A stretch of DNA of 63,520 nt. Origin: Clostridia bacterium (GTDB lineage: Bacteria; Bacillota; Clostridia; Oscillospirales; Acutalibacteraceae). Made by a program: the position numbers and the translations under genes. Of this stretch, positions 8,710 through 17,213 are shown one piece after another. Each line of letters starts with the position of its first letter. Within the stretch, counting starts at the first letter, position 1. The DNA lies in the NCBI GenBank assembly GCA_017476565.1, contig JAFUZN010000077.1:1-63520 (forward strand). Reading direction: 5' to 3'. A model generated the notes under the pieces. That model ran no database searches and was not told the DNA's origin. It saw only the letters and a list, made by a program, of their open reading frames with translations.

Positions 8710-9240
8710 ATGGCGAAGAAAAAGATCGAGATCGAAGAAGTCCCCGTCCTCACGGAAGAAGAGAACGAGAAGAGCCCTCTTTGGTACAAAACAGGGGTCT
8801 GGTGCAGCGTGGCTGCCATTGCCGGCGTTGCCGCTGCCGCTCTTTATGAGATCTACAAGTCCAGCAAAGAGTCTCCGGCACCCTCTGTCGACCTGTTCAA
8901 GGCTCCGACCCAGCCCGTCATTCCTCACGTAGAGCCGGTGGAAGAACCGGTCCGGGTGGAAGAGGTCAAAGAAGAAGTTGTGGAAGAGCCGAAAGCGGAA
9001 GTCCTTGAAAAGGCTGCTCCGGTCAAGAAGGAGACCCCCGCACCGAAGAAAGCCTCTGCTCCCAAGAAAGCTCCGGCTGCAAACGAAGGGAAATTCGTCG
9101 CCAACAGCAAGTCGATGGTCTACCACACTCTCGACTGCCGCTACAGCAAACGCATTGCGGAGGAGAACAAGGTCTTCCTGAAGACCAAGAACGCTGCGAC
9201 CCGCGGCGGTTACACTCCCTGCAACTACTGCAACCCGTAA
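8710..9240 (+). CDS. bitopic membrane protein with a K/E/P-rich linker and a C-terminal YH-x3-C...PC-x2-C metal-binding-type domain
   Basis: RBS AAAAGGAGAG. TM segment WCSVAAIAGVAAAALYEIY. The C-terminus is KSMVYHTLDCRYSKRIAEENKVFLKTKNAATRGGYTPCNYCNP. Confidence 0.6.
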   Translation: MAKKKIEIEEVPVLTEEENEKSPLWYKTGVWCSVAAIAGVAAAALYEIYKSSKESPAPSVDLFKAPTQPVIPHVEPVEEPVRVEEVKEEVVEEPKAEVLEKAAPVKKETPAPKKASAPKKAPAANEGKFVANSKSMVYHTLDCRYSKRIAEENKVFLKTKNAATRGGYTPCNYCNP

Positions 9241-9270
9241 ATCGCAACAGAAAGAAGAGTTGACCCTATC

Positions 9271-10041
9271 ATGAAAAAAAAGAATATGGTGAAACGGCTG
9301 TTCGCTGTGCTCCTGACCCTCGGGATGGTAATGTCCTCGGTGGTCTTCTCCGGAGCCCTGAGCCTGACCGACCTGTTCCCGCGCGGAAGCAACCCTCCGG
9401 TGACAGAACCGGAAGAAGGGGAGGGGAATACAGGTCTCGGCAAGGTCATTGAGACTCTCTTCACGCCCACCGCACCGGACCAGGTCTTGGAGGCCTTCGG
9501 TGTCTATGCCGATGAAGAGTACATAAAGACCCATGAGTACTGCTTTGCCGTGAACACCTCCCAAAACATTGTCATTGCCTATACCATAGGCGTCGACGGC
9601 GTTTACTCAAAGCCCGTCAAAGCCCTGGTCTGCTCCTGTGGTCTCGAGTCGAGCCCTACTAAGAAGGGCATCTTCAAGACAACCGATCGGTACCAGTGGA
9701 GAGCCCTTAACGGAGGCGTCTACGGAAAGTGGGCCACCCGCATTACCGGACCTTACCTGTTCCATTCCGGCCCCAACGAGAAGCAAAGCTCCTCCACACT
9801 GGAGACAGCCGAGTACAATAAACTCGGGCAGAACGCGTCCGCCGGCTGCGTCCGGCTGGCCTGTCACGACGCCAAGTGGGTCTACAACCGTTGCCCCGAA
9901 GGGACCATCGTCTACATTTACGACGGCAGCGATGTCAAAGAACCTCTCGCCAAACCGACCCCACAGAGAATAGACCCCACCAGCCCCTACGCAGGGTGGG
10001 ACCCCACAGACGATAACAGTAATAATCCCTGGAAGTCTTAA
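9271..10041 (+). CDS. L,D-transpeptidase (YkuD domain), secreted
   Basis: Signal peptide, then the YkuD catalytic motif LFHSGPNEKQ...GQNASAGCVRLACHDAKWVY (His ... Ser-x-Gly-Cys-x-Arg). Confidence 0.85.
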   Translation: MKKKNMVKRLFAVLLTLGMVMSSVVFSGALSLTDLFPRGSNPPVTEPEEGEGNTGLGKVIETLFTPTAPDQVLEAFGVYADEEYIKTHEYCFAVNTSQNIVIAYTIGVDGVYSKPVKALVCSCGLESSPTKKGIFKTTDRYQWRALNGGVYGKWATRITGPYLFHSGPNEKQSSSTLETAEYNKLGQNASAGCVRLACHDAKWVYNRCPEGTIVYIYDGSDVKEPLAKPTPQRIDPTSPYAGWDPTDDNSNNPWKS

Positions 10042-10050
10042 AGAAAGTTC

Positions 10051-10077
10051 AAGTTCCCCGCCTCCGGCGGGGAACTT
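10051..10077 (+). terminator. GC-rich hairpin downstream of the L,D-transpeptidase gene
   Basis: AAGTTCCCCGCC-TCC-GGCGGGGAACTT. There is no strong T-run. Confidence 0.45.
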
Positions 10078-10180
10078 CGACGTTCTGAAACCCTTTTAGC
10101 AAATGGAAACCGCAGCTTTGGGGAAGTAACTCTAAAGTTTGACAAGAGATCCCGCCGGAGGCGGGGTCTCTTAGACAAAT

Positions 10181-10215
10181 GGAAACCGCAGCTTCGGGGG
10201 AAGCTGCGGTTTTCC
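10181..10215. terminator. hairpin terminator between convergent genes
   Basis: GGAAACCGCAGCTT-CGGGGG-AAGCTGCGGTTTTCC, with one bulge. Confidence 0.6.
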
Positions 10216-10325
10216 ATGTTTGTGTGTGTTTGTAAATAGAAATGTACTAAAATGATTAGGTCAGCACCATTCCAGCACAAGTCTAGGGTTACCTTGTGTA
10301 GAGCAAATGACCTGTGTTTGCTTAT

Positions 10326-11603
10326 TTAGACGCGGGAGGCCGCGTACTCAGCTTGACTGCTGGTGAATTGTCCGTCTTCCACGAGGATATCCTTGATGTC
10401 TGCAGAGGAGAGGGTCGTGTTTTCTTCTTTCGCTGCTGCTACGATCTCTTTTGCCAAGACAAGGGCCTGTTTGTTCCAGAAGTTGGCGTCACTCTTTGCA
10501 TCGTCGTCGACCACGCTCAGTGCGTATGCCACTTCGGAGTCGGTGAACTCATAAATGTCCGCCAAGATCTCTTTGAGGCTTTCCCGGGAAACTCCGTTGG
10601 GTTCATCGGTGTCTTCATCGAAGAGAAGTTCCGATGCTACCAGCACGGCCTGTTCCTTCCAGTTGGCGCCACAGTTGTCGACCCCGTAAATGGCCTCTTC
10701 TTCCGTAAACCCGACGTCTTCATCCATCATGATCTCAATGAGAAGGGCTCTGGAAATGGGGTACTCTTTGACGGTTTCTTTCGCCACCTCTACCGCCAGT
10801 GCCTTATTGTCTTCACCGGAAGTCGGCTCCTGATCATCGGGAAGGACCGGTTCCAGGGGGAGGGAAGGCTCGGAAGGCTCACCGGGAGTCGAAGGTTCTT
10901 CCGGCTTCGTGGGATCCGTCGGGTCTACGTTGGTGATCTCGGTGGCTCTGCCGTTGGTGATCAGGTAATTCTTACCGGAAGCCAAGTCATAATAGACTTT
11001 TCCGTTTTCCTCAAACCGGACACGGCCCCCATCGAGGTACCAGGTCCCGTTTTCGTTGGATGCAATGCCGTTAAAGTCAAAATCGACTTTGGACTTGACG
11101 ACTTTCCACCAACCCTTTTCATTCTTGAAAACGCCGTTTTCCTGGAATGTGACTCTGCCGTTTGTGGTTTTCCACCAACCGTTCTCATTTTTATAAATGC
11201 TGTAGGCCTGGAAGTCTACCCGAGAGTCAACCACTCTCCACCAGGAATTGTTATCGTAGTTTTTGAATACGCCGGTCTCTTTGAAAGTGACCTTGCCGTT
11301 GGTGGTCTTGTACCAGACGCCGTTATCTTTGTTTTTATAGATGCCGTTGGCAGAGAAGTCGACATAGCCGTTCTTCACATACCACCAGCCGTTCTGGTTT
11401 TTGTAAAAACCGGTGATGGACTGATCGAGCTTACCGTTCACATAGGCGCCCCATTTGCCGTTGGAGATCTTTTGGACCTTGACATTGGGGGAGGCTGCCT
11501 CAGACTTCACGGCATATGGAGATGCAATAACGATAGCCATAGTGAAGATGGCAATAAAAAGCCACATAATAGTAATGCGGACGACTTTCCAGTTAGCTGT
11601 CAT
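10326..11603 (-). CDS. secreted protein: about 7 wall-binding aromatic repeats, Pro/Glu linker, three Ltp-type domains
   Basis: RBS AAAGGAGAG. Signal/anchor WLFIAIFTMAIVIASPYAV. Repeats such as NGWWYVKNGYVDFSANGIYKN. Linker PTDPTKPEEPSTPGEPSEPSLP. Ltp-like units such as FTEEEAIYGVDNCGANWKEQAV. Confidence 0.8.
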   Translation of the reverse strand: MTANWKVVRITIMWLFIAIFTMAIVIASPYAVKSEAASPNVKVQKISNGKWGAYVNGKLDQSITGFYKNQNGWWYVKNGYVDFSANGIYKNKDNGVWYKTTNGKVTFKETGVFKNYDNNSWWRVVDSRVDFQAYSIYKNENGWWKTTNGRVTFQENGVFKNEKGWWKVVKSKVDFDFNGIASNENGTWYLDGGRVRFEENGKVYYDLASGKNYLITNGRATEITNVDPTDPTKPEEPSTPGEPSEPSLPLEPVLPDDQEPTSGEDNKALAVEVAKETVKEYPISRALLIEIMMDEDVGFTEEEAIYGVDNCGANWKEQAVLVASELLFDEDTDEPNGVSRESLKEILADIYEFTDSEVAYALSVVDDDAKSDANFWNKQALVLAKEIVAAAKEENTTLSSADIKDILVEDGQFTSSQAEYAASRV

Positions 11604-11867
11604 TAGAATCTCTCCTTTCGCGTGTGCCTATCCTATCACTTTTATATGTATTTGAAAATGCGAAAAAAGGGACACTTGAAAAATAATTTAACGGTACGAA
11701 AATTCGGACTGATAGTAAAAGCACTCAAAAGCAAAGTACGATTTATCGTCACAAAAATCGATGTCTGATTTTAGATAGATTTTGCACAATCCAAATTCAA
11801 AAATCATTGTAGCTACGCGGTTTGCAGACTTGATTTTCAAAGATTTCTCAAATTTTTCTTTTCCCTC

Positions 11868-11896
11868 TTGCATTCGTTTTGGGCGATTGCTATTAT
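11868..11896 (+). promoter_or_regulatory. sigma-A-type promoter candidate for the 11966 gene
   Basis: TTGCAT (11868-11873), 17-nt spacer, TATTAT (11891-11896). The inverted repeat CATGCGC-N10-GCGCATG (11913-11936) would fall in the 5' UTR. Confidence 0.45.
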
Positions 11897-11965
11897 ATAG
11901 GTACTTAAATTCCATGCGCTTCTCCATGTGCGCATGACAAACAATTCAGAAGGAGTGGAAACACA

Positions 11966-13066
11966 ATGACAAAGGTCAACCAGAAAATTTGGGCTGTCGT
12001 TCTTGCTGCGCTCATGCTCGTTTCTGTCGTCGCTGGTTTCTCGTTCAGCATGAATGCAACAAAGGCTTCTGCTGCAACCTCTCACGTTGAGACTACTCTC
12101 GACGTTCAGAAAGCCAAAGACGGCAAATGGTATGCGTTCAACACGAAGACCAAAAAGATCGCAACTTCTTACACCGGCGTTGCCAAGAACAAGTATGGCT
12201 GGTGGAGAGTCGTCAAAGGAAAAGTCGACTTCAATGCTACCGGTGTCTATAGCAACAGCTACGGCTCCTGGTGGGTCGAGAACGGCAAAGTTAACTTCGA
12301 CAAGTATGACACCGTGACTTCCGGCGGCAAGAAATATGTCGTTCGGGGCGGTAAAGCAGTTTTGGAAAAGAATTACAAATATCAGACCTATAACTGCAAC
12401 GATCTCATCGTTCGCCAGGGCGGAGACAAAGTCTGGTACGCCTTCTACGGTGACAACGTTGCTTACGATTACACCGGCATTGCCCGCAACGTCTGGGGCT
12501 GGTGGCGCATCGTCAACGGCCGTGTCGATTTCGATGCCAATGGCATTTTCAAAAATGACAACGGTACTTTCTATGTCAGAAACGGTCAGGTAGACTTCAC
12601 CTTCTCCGGCGTTGTTCCTTACGAAGGCAAGACCTATGTGGTCGCCCTCGGCGAAGCCCGTCTGAAGGTCGATGTGGAGAACCCCATCACGGTCAACTCC
12701 TACTCCACCAAGTATGACTCCAAGAAGCTGAAGGTCAAGAAGGCCAGCGATGGTCAGTGGTATGCCTATAACGGCAACAAGATCGCCTCCGACTACACCG
12801 GTGTTGCTTCCAACGAAAAAGGCTGGTGGCGCATTGAAAACGGTAAGGTCAACTTCACCGCTTACGGCTTCTACCCGAACGAATATGGTCTGTGGTGGGT
12901 CCATGACGGCCAGGTCGACTTCGGTTTCACCGGTGTCGCTGCGGACGCTCTGGGCGTTGCCTACTATGTCCTTTCCGGTAAGGTGGACTTTGACAAGTTC
13001 GGTGTCGTAGACTTCGACGGTCGTATGTGGACCATCGAGGGCGGCATTGCCACCAAGCTTGGTTAA
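11966..13066 (+). CDS. secreted protein made almost entirely of wall-binding aromatic repeats (about 13 units)
   Basis: RBS AGAAGGAG. Signal peptide WAVVLAALMLVSVVAGFSF...ASA. Repeats such as YGWWRVVKGKVDFNATGVYSN. Confidence 0.8.
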   Translation: MTKVNQKIWAVVLAALMLVSVVAGFSFSMNATKASAATSHVETTLDVQKAKDGKWYAFNTKTKKIATSYTGVAKNKYGWWRVVKGKVDFNATGVYSNSYGSWWVENGKVNFDKYDTVTSGGKKYVVRGGKAVLEKNYKYQTYNCNDLIVRQGGDKVWYAFYGDNVAYDYTGIARNVWGWWRIVNGRVDFDANGIFKNDNGTFYVRNGQVDFTFSGVVPYEGKTYVVALGEARLKVDVENPITVNSYSTKYDSKKLKVKKASDGQWYAYNGNKIASDYTGVASNEKGWWRIENGKVNFTAYGFYPNEYGLWWVHDGQVDFGFTGVAADALGVAYYVLSGKVDFDKFGVVDFDGRMWTIEGGIATKLG

Positions 13067-13090
13067 GCCCATTCTATTCAAACACACATT

Positions 13091-13121
13091 GGGACCAGGG
13101 GATACCTGGTCCCTGTTTTTT
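13091..13121 (+). terminator. intrinsic terminator
   Basis: GGGACCAGG-GGATA-CCTGGTCCC followed by TGTTTTTT. Confidence 0.85.
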
Positions 13122-13184
13122 ACTGAAATCAAGATTTTGTTACTCTTTTGTAATATTTTGACTTTGTGCCCCATATCTAGCGGG

Positions 13185-13213
13185 TTCACAAGTTTGTCAT
13201 AAATTGATATAAT
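13185..13213 (+). promoter_or_regulatory. sigma-A-type promoter candidate
   Basis: TTCACA (13185-13190), 17-nt spacer, TATAAT (13208-13213). Confidence 0.5.
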
Positions 13214-13242
13214 TAGGTAAGTTTTATAGAGGGAGGATCCTG

Positions 13243-14679
13243 ATGGCTGTCAACACAGAAGTAAGGACCCGAAAACAGAATAGTAAGCTTACATCGCTTC
13301 TTGCCGTCATTCTCATGGTTTTCGCCATGGGACTTGCTATGTTTTACTTTCCGAGCCTGAAGACCGATGCAGCCAACCTCAAAGTGGTCACTTCCTGCAA
13401 AGGCCTGGAAGTCCGTAAAGTGGCCGGAGTCTGGTGGACCTACCAGGGCAACACCCGAGTCAGTTACACCGGTATTGCTCATAACGAAAACGGCTGGTGG
13501 CGAACGGTTAACGGACAAGTGGACTGGAACTACACCGGCATTGCCTGTAATGACAACGGCTGGTACCGCATCGTGAACGGAAAAGTCCGCTTCGACCAGA
13601 CCGGCGTTTATAAGAATGAATACGGCTGGTGGTACTGCCAGTACGGAAAAGTCGACTTTGGCTACACCGGCATGAAGAGCAACAGCTATGGCAGCTGGCG
13701 CGTCGAAGGGGGCAAAGTTAACTTCAATTTCAACGGCATAGCACCCTCCGATGACGGGCATTGGTATTACTTCGTCAACGGTAAGTTCGACGGGAGCTTC
13801 ACCGGCCTTGTCAAGAACGACTACGGTACCTGGTATGTCTCGAAAGGGGTCATCGACTTCACGTTCAATGGAACCTATCGCGGATATACCATCAAAGAGA
13901 ACAAAGTCATCGAAGAAACCAAAACGACCACGACGACTAAGACTCCCTCAACAAACCAGAAAAACCTCAACAACAATAATGTCATCACCGATGCGAACGG
14001 CAACCTTGTGGTGGAAGACCGGGGCATCGTCGTCGATATCTCCAAGTGGAACGGAAACATCGACTTTGGCACCATGAAGAAGTCCGGTGTCAAAGGTGTC
14101 ATGATGAGAGCTGCCTATGCTTCTTCCAAAGACATCAAGTTCGACACCTACTCTTCTCAGTGTGAAGTTTACGGCATCGACTACGGTGTTTACCAGTTCG
14201 CCACTTTCCACTATAACAGTACGAAGTCCGCTGCCATGACCAAGGCGAAGACCCAGGCCGACGCACTGCTTGGCTTCCTGAAGGGGAAGAAGATCAAAGG
14301 CTATGTCACCTTAGACCTGGAGCTGGAAAGCGGCTACAAGCTGGAGATGACCGCACAGGAACTGACCGATGTAGCCAACTACTGGTGTGACCTCATCCAA
14401 AAAGCCGGGTACATGCCCATGATCTACTGCTCCGTCTCCTGGATGCAGAACAATCTGGTAGCGTCCAACATCCATGCGCCTTTCTGGCTGGCCTATTACA
14501 ACGATACAGGCAGCTACAACTTCCCGAAGACCGGCTATGGCCAGTACATGGATTCCATTGACGGGAAGATCACAATGTGGCAATATACCGATAAAGGGAA
14601 CGGGGCCAAGTACGGCGCCGAATCCGAATACATCGACCTCAACCGTTTGTATCATTCGTTCACAGGAGCAACGAAATAA
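13243..14679 (+). CDS. GH25 muramidase (lysozyme) with N-terminal wall-binding aromatic repeats
   Basis: RBS GAGGGAGG. Signal peptide. About 8 repeats (NGWWRTVNGQVDWNYTG...). Thr-rich linker. C-terminal GH25 pattern GIVVDISKWNGNIDFGTMKKSGVKGVMMRAAY...YGVYQF...DLE. Confidence 0.85.
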   Translation: MAVNTEVRTRKQNSKLTSLLAVILMVFAMGLAMFYFPSLKTDAANLKVVTSCKGLEVRKVAGVWWTYQGNTRVSYTGIAHNENGWWRTVNGQVDWNYTGIACNDNGWYRIVNGKVRFDQTGVYKNEYGWWYCQYGKVDFGYTGMKSNSYGSWRVEGGKVNFNFNGIAPSDDGHWYYFVNGKFDGSFTGLVKNDYGTWYVSKGVIDFTFNGTYRGYTIKENKVIEETKTTTTTKTPSTNQKNLNNNNVITDANGNLVVEDRGIVVDISKWNGNIDFGTMKKSGVKGVMMRAAYASSKDIKFDTYSSQCEVYGIDYGVYQFATFHYNSTKSAAMTKAKTQADALLGFLKGKKIKGYVTLDLELESGYKLEMTAQELTDVANYWCDLIQKAGYMPMIYCSVSWMQNNLVASNIHAPFWLAYYNDTGSYNFPKTGYGQYMDSIDGKITMWQYTDKGNGAKYGAESEYIDLNRLYHSFTGATK

Positions 14680-15708
14680 ATGAATCGCGCAATTTCCCGA
14701 AAAACAACTGCAACAGGGCTGCTGACAGCGGTCCTGTTGTTCTGCGCTTTTTTGGCGATGTGCCTCCTTCCGGCAGCAAGTCTTACTGCAAAAGCCGAGT
14801 CCGGCCCGGCAGATGGAAACCACACAGCCGAGATCACCTTTGTTTCCAAAGATAAAAAGGACCTGAAGTTCATCTACCTCTCCGGTCTTGTCCTGGAGTC
14901 CGACTTCAAAGGGGTCTCCTACAATAAGCAGACCAACACCTTGACCCTCAACAACGTGCAGCTGAGCAAAGAGAACCTCCATTATTCACTGACCATTGCG
15001 AACATGGGGGAGGACTTTCAGCTGGAAGTCATTGGGAGAAACTCCCTCGACTACCTTTCTTTAGAGTCAATCGGCTATGACACCGGTTGCACTCTGACCG
15101 GTTCCGGTATTTTGGACATTGGGTACCTGGATATTTCGAACGATGGCAAAAAGATGACGGTCACCGTGGGGAACACGGTCAATTTCAATATCGATTCTCA
15201 GAAAATGGGTTACGACAAACTGCCTGCCATCAAGGTCAGCTCCAAATCTCCTTTGACGGAAATGGAATCGATGATCGTGATCAAGGGGAACACAGAAGAC
15301 CAGCTTGTCTATGAAGAGACCCCGGCCGGGTCCTCTTATGCTTATGAAACCACCAACAATAAGATCAACGTCACTCCTACACAGGTCGTCAAACGCGGCC
15401 CGGACGGGAAGTGGGGTTACTATATCAACAATAAACTCCAGACGGAGTACACCGGCCTTGCCGGGAACTCCTACGGTCTCTGGTACATCTCGGACGGGTA
15501 TGCAGACTTTACGAAGACTCAGCTCGTCGACTACCAGGGCCAGACCTATATGGTCGTCGACGGACATGTGGATTATGACTTCAACGGCTTTGCTTCCCGG
15601 GATAAGAAATCCTGGTTTGTGGAAAACAGCATTGTGCAAAAGGGGTATGTGGGTCCCGTCGTCATCAACGGAGTCGTGCACCAGGTAGATAAGGGAGAAG
15701 TAAAATGA
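14680..15708 (+). CDS. secreted protein: unassigned ~230-aa N-terminal domain plus C-terminal wall-binding repeats
   Basis: The ATG immediately follows the upstream TAA. Signal peptide LLTAVLLFCAFLAMCLLPAASLTAKA. C-terminal repeats GKWGYYINNKLQTEYTGLAGNSYGLWYISDGYADF. Confidence 0.7.
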   Translation: MNRAISRKTTATGLLTAVLLFCAFLAMCLLPAASLTAKAESGPADGNHTAEITFVSKDKKDLKFIYLSGLVLESDFKGVSYNKQTNTLTLNNVQLSKENLHYSLTIANMGEDFQLEVIGRNSLDYLSLESIGYDTGCTLTGSGILDIGYLDISNDGKKMTVTVGNTVNFNIDSQKMGYDKLPAIKVSSKSPLTEMESMIVIKGNTEDQLVYEETPAGSSYAYETTNNKINVTPTQVVKRGPDGKWGYYINNKLQTEYTGLAGNSYGLWYISDGYADFTKTQLVDYQGQTYMVVDGHVDYDFNGFASRDKKSWFVENSIVQKGYVGPVVINGVVHQVDKGEVK

Positions 15709-16505
15709 ATGAACAACAAAACGCCGCCTTCGATGCCGCGTACAAGGTAGCGTATGAAGCTGCTTTAGAAGCGGCTCAGTCGGTATCCGGCGGTTACGAA
15801 AAGGAACCGGTGACCGGGGAAGAGGACACCGTAGAGATCTCCTTTCGAAAAATCCTCGATGCTTTTCGACGGCATTGGCCCATCATCACGGCCCTCACCT
15901 TGTTGTTTGCCCTCTTAGGGGGCCTATATGTCCAGCTTCTGGTCACTCCTACGTACCAGGCGTCGGTCAACCTCATCGTTCAGACCAACAATGTGGAAAG
16001 TTCCGATCAGACGGTCAGTAATGAATACGTCAACTCCGCCAAAAACCTCGCCAAGACCTATGCTCGTATTCTGAACAGCAGCAAGGTCCAGAACCACGTC
16101 ATCAAAGACCTGGGGCTTGACCTTTCCTCTTTAGAACTAAAGGAAATGGCGGTGGCCGCTCCGGTGACCGATTCTCAAATCGTTACCGTTACGGTCTCCA
16201 CCGATCGTCAGGACCTGTCTGAGCAGATCGCCGACGCGTACCTGCGGCTCGGTCCGTCGGACTTGAACGCCCTGGTGGAAGCCGGAAAGTGCAATGCCGT
16301 CAGCGGAGTCGACGTCAAGAAAGACCCCATCAAACCCGGCATGAAGCGTACCGTTGCTTTAGGAGCTCTTTTAGGTTTTGCCCTGAGTTTTGCCTATGCA
16401 CTGTTTTCGGAGCTGCGGAAACACTTTATTATTTCCACTTCCGATGTCAAAGAGATCCTAAACCTTCCGGTCATCGGCATTATCCCGGCGTTCGGGGAAG
16501 AGTAG
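15705..16505 (+). CDS. Wzz/CpsC-type polysaccharide co-polymerase (chain-length determinant)
   Basis: ATGA overlap with the upstream gene. Wzz N-terminal pattern ISFRKILDAFRRHWPIITALTLLFALLGGLYVQLLVTPTYQASVNLIV, a second C-terminal TM segment, and the tail LNLPVIGIIP. Confidence 0.8.
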   Translation: MNEQQNAAFDAAYKVAYEAALEAAQSVSGGYEKEPVTGEEDTVEISFRKILDAFRRHWPIITALTLLFALLGGLYVQLLVTPTYQASVNLIVQTNNVESSDQTVSNEYVNSAKNLAKTYARILNSSKVQNHVIKDLGLDLSSLELKEMAVAAPVTDSQIVTVTVSTDRQDLSEQIADAYLRLGPSDLNALVEAGKCNAVSGVDVKKDPIKPGMKRTVALGALLGFALSFAYALFSELRKHFIISTSDVKEILNLPVIGIIPAFGEE

Positions 16506-16517
16506 GGAGGGCCACTC

Positions 16518-17207
16518 ATGAATGAAACGCGTAACGATGAGATCGAGATCGATCTCGGGAAAGTAGTAGAAGCGGTCAAGAAGTTTTGGGCCCTGCTCCT
16601 GACCATGACCCTGGTTTTTGGCCTGCTCGGGTTCCTGGCCAGTTCTTTTGGCATGACGAAAAAGTATGTCGCTTCTGTCGATATGATCGTCAACACCAGT
16701 TCCAACGCCGACCTTGTCAGCAACGACCAGGTGAATTCCGCTAAGAACCTGGTATCTACTTACAGCTACATCATCACCGGCAGCAGTGTGCTGACCAAAG
16801 TCATCGACAACCTTAGGCTTGACGTGACTTATGAGGAACTGGCCAAAGTCATTTCCGTCAATGGGGTGACCGACACTCAGGTCTTCACAGTTTCCGCCAC
16901 CACCAGCGACCTCGAACGGTCAAAAGACATTGTCCGGGAGATCATAAAAATCGCCCCGGGAGAGATCGAAAAAGCCGTCGAAGCGGGCTCCTGCAGAGTG
17001 GTCTCTGACCTCGATTACCTGAACGATCCGGTCTCTCCGGACGTCGCAAAATACACCGCTGTCGCAGCCTTTGCAGGGTTCTTACTCTCTCTGGCCTATG
17101 CGCTGTTCCGGGTCCTGTCGAAGAACTTCTTAGTGACGGAAAAAGATATTTCCGAACAATTAGACCTTCCGGTCCTCGGGGTTATTCCACTTTTGGAAAA
17201 ACCATGA
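16518..17207 (+). CDS. second Wzz/CpsC-type co-polymerase (tandem paralogue)
   Basis: RBS GGGAGGG. IDLGKVVEAVKKFWALLLTMTLVFGLLGFLASSFGMTKKYVASVDMIV, a C-terminal TM segment, and the tail LDLPVLGVIP. Confidence 0.8.
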   Translation: MNETRNDEIEIDLGKVVEAVKKFWALLLTMTLVFGLLGFLASSFGMTKKYVASVDMIVNTSSNADLVSNDQVNSAKNLVSTYSYIITGSSVLTKVIDNLRLDVTYEELAKVISVNGVTDTQVFTVSATTSDLERSKDIVREIIKIAPGEIEKAVEAGSCRVVSDLDYLNDPVSPDVAKYTAVAAFAGFLLSLAYALFRVLSKNFLVTEKDISEQLDLPVLGVIPLLEKP

Positions 17208-17213
17208 TATAAT

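Noticed and set aside
10314-11606. 430-aa plus-strand ORF almost exactly antisense to the 425-aa minus-strand gene. Similar full-length shadows: 11837..13189(-), 13213..13761(-), 28720..29715(-), 32906..34393(+), 35298..37055(+), 46031..47299(-), 47127..48128(-), 57197..58156(+), 58883..60841(+).
   Set aside because: The listed partners have an RBS, signal peptides and recognisable domains (wall-binding repeats, Ltp, guaB, PPIase, hemZ, atpA/D/G). The antisense translations are low-complexity (rich in V/G/D/F/R), lack an RBS, and some span two real genes. They are best explained by codon bias that depletes antisense stop codons.
11688-11927. 79-aa minus-strand ORF in the AT-rich divergent region between two wall-binding-repeat genes.
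   Set aside because: It has no RBS and overlaps the promoter and 5' UTR predicted for the 11966 gene. The composition (K/F/Y/E-rich) matches what AT-rich non-coding DNA gives. It is kept only as a remote small-protein possibility.
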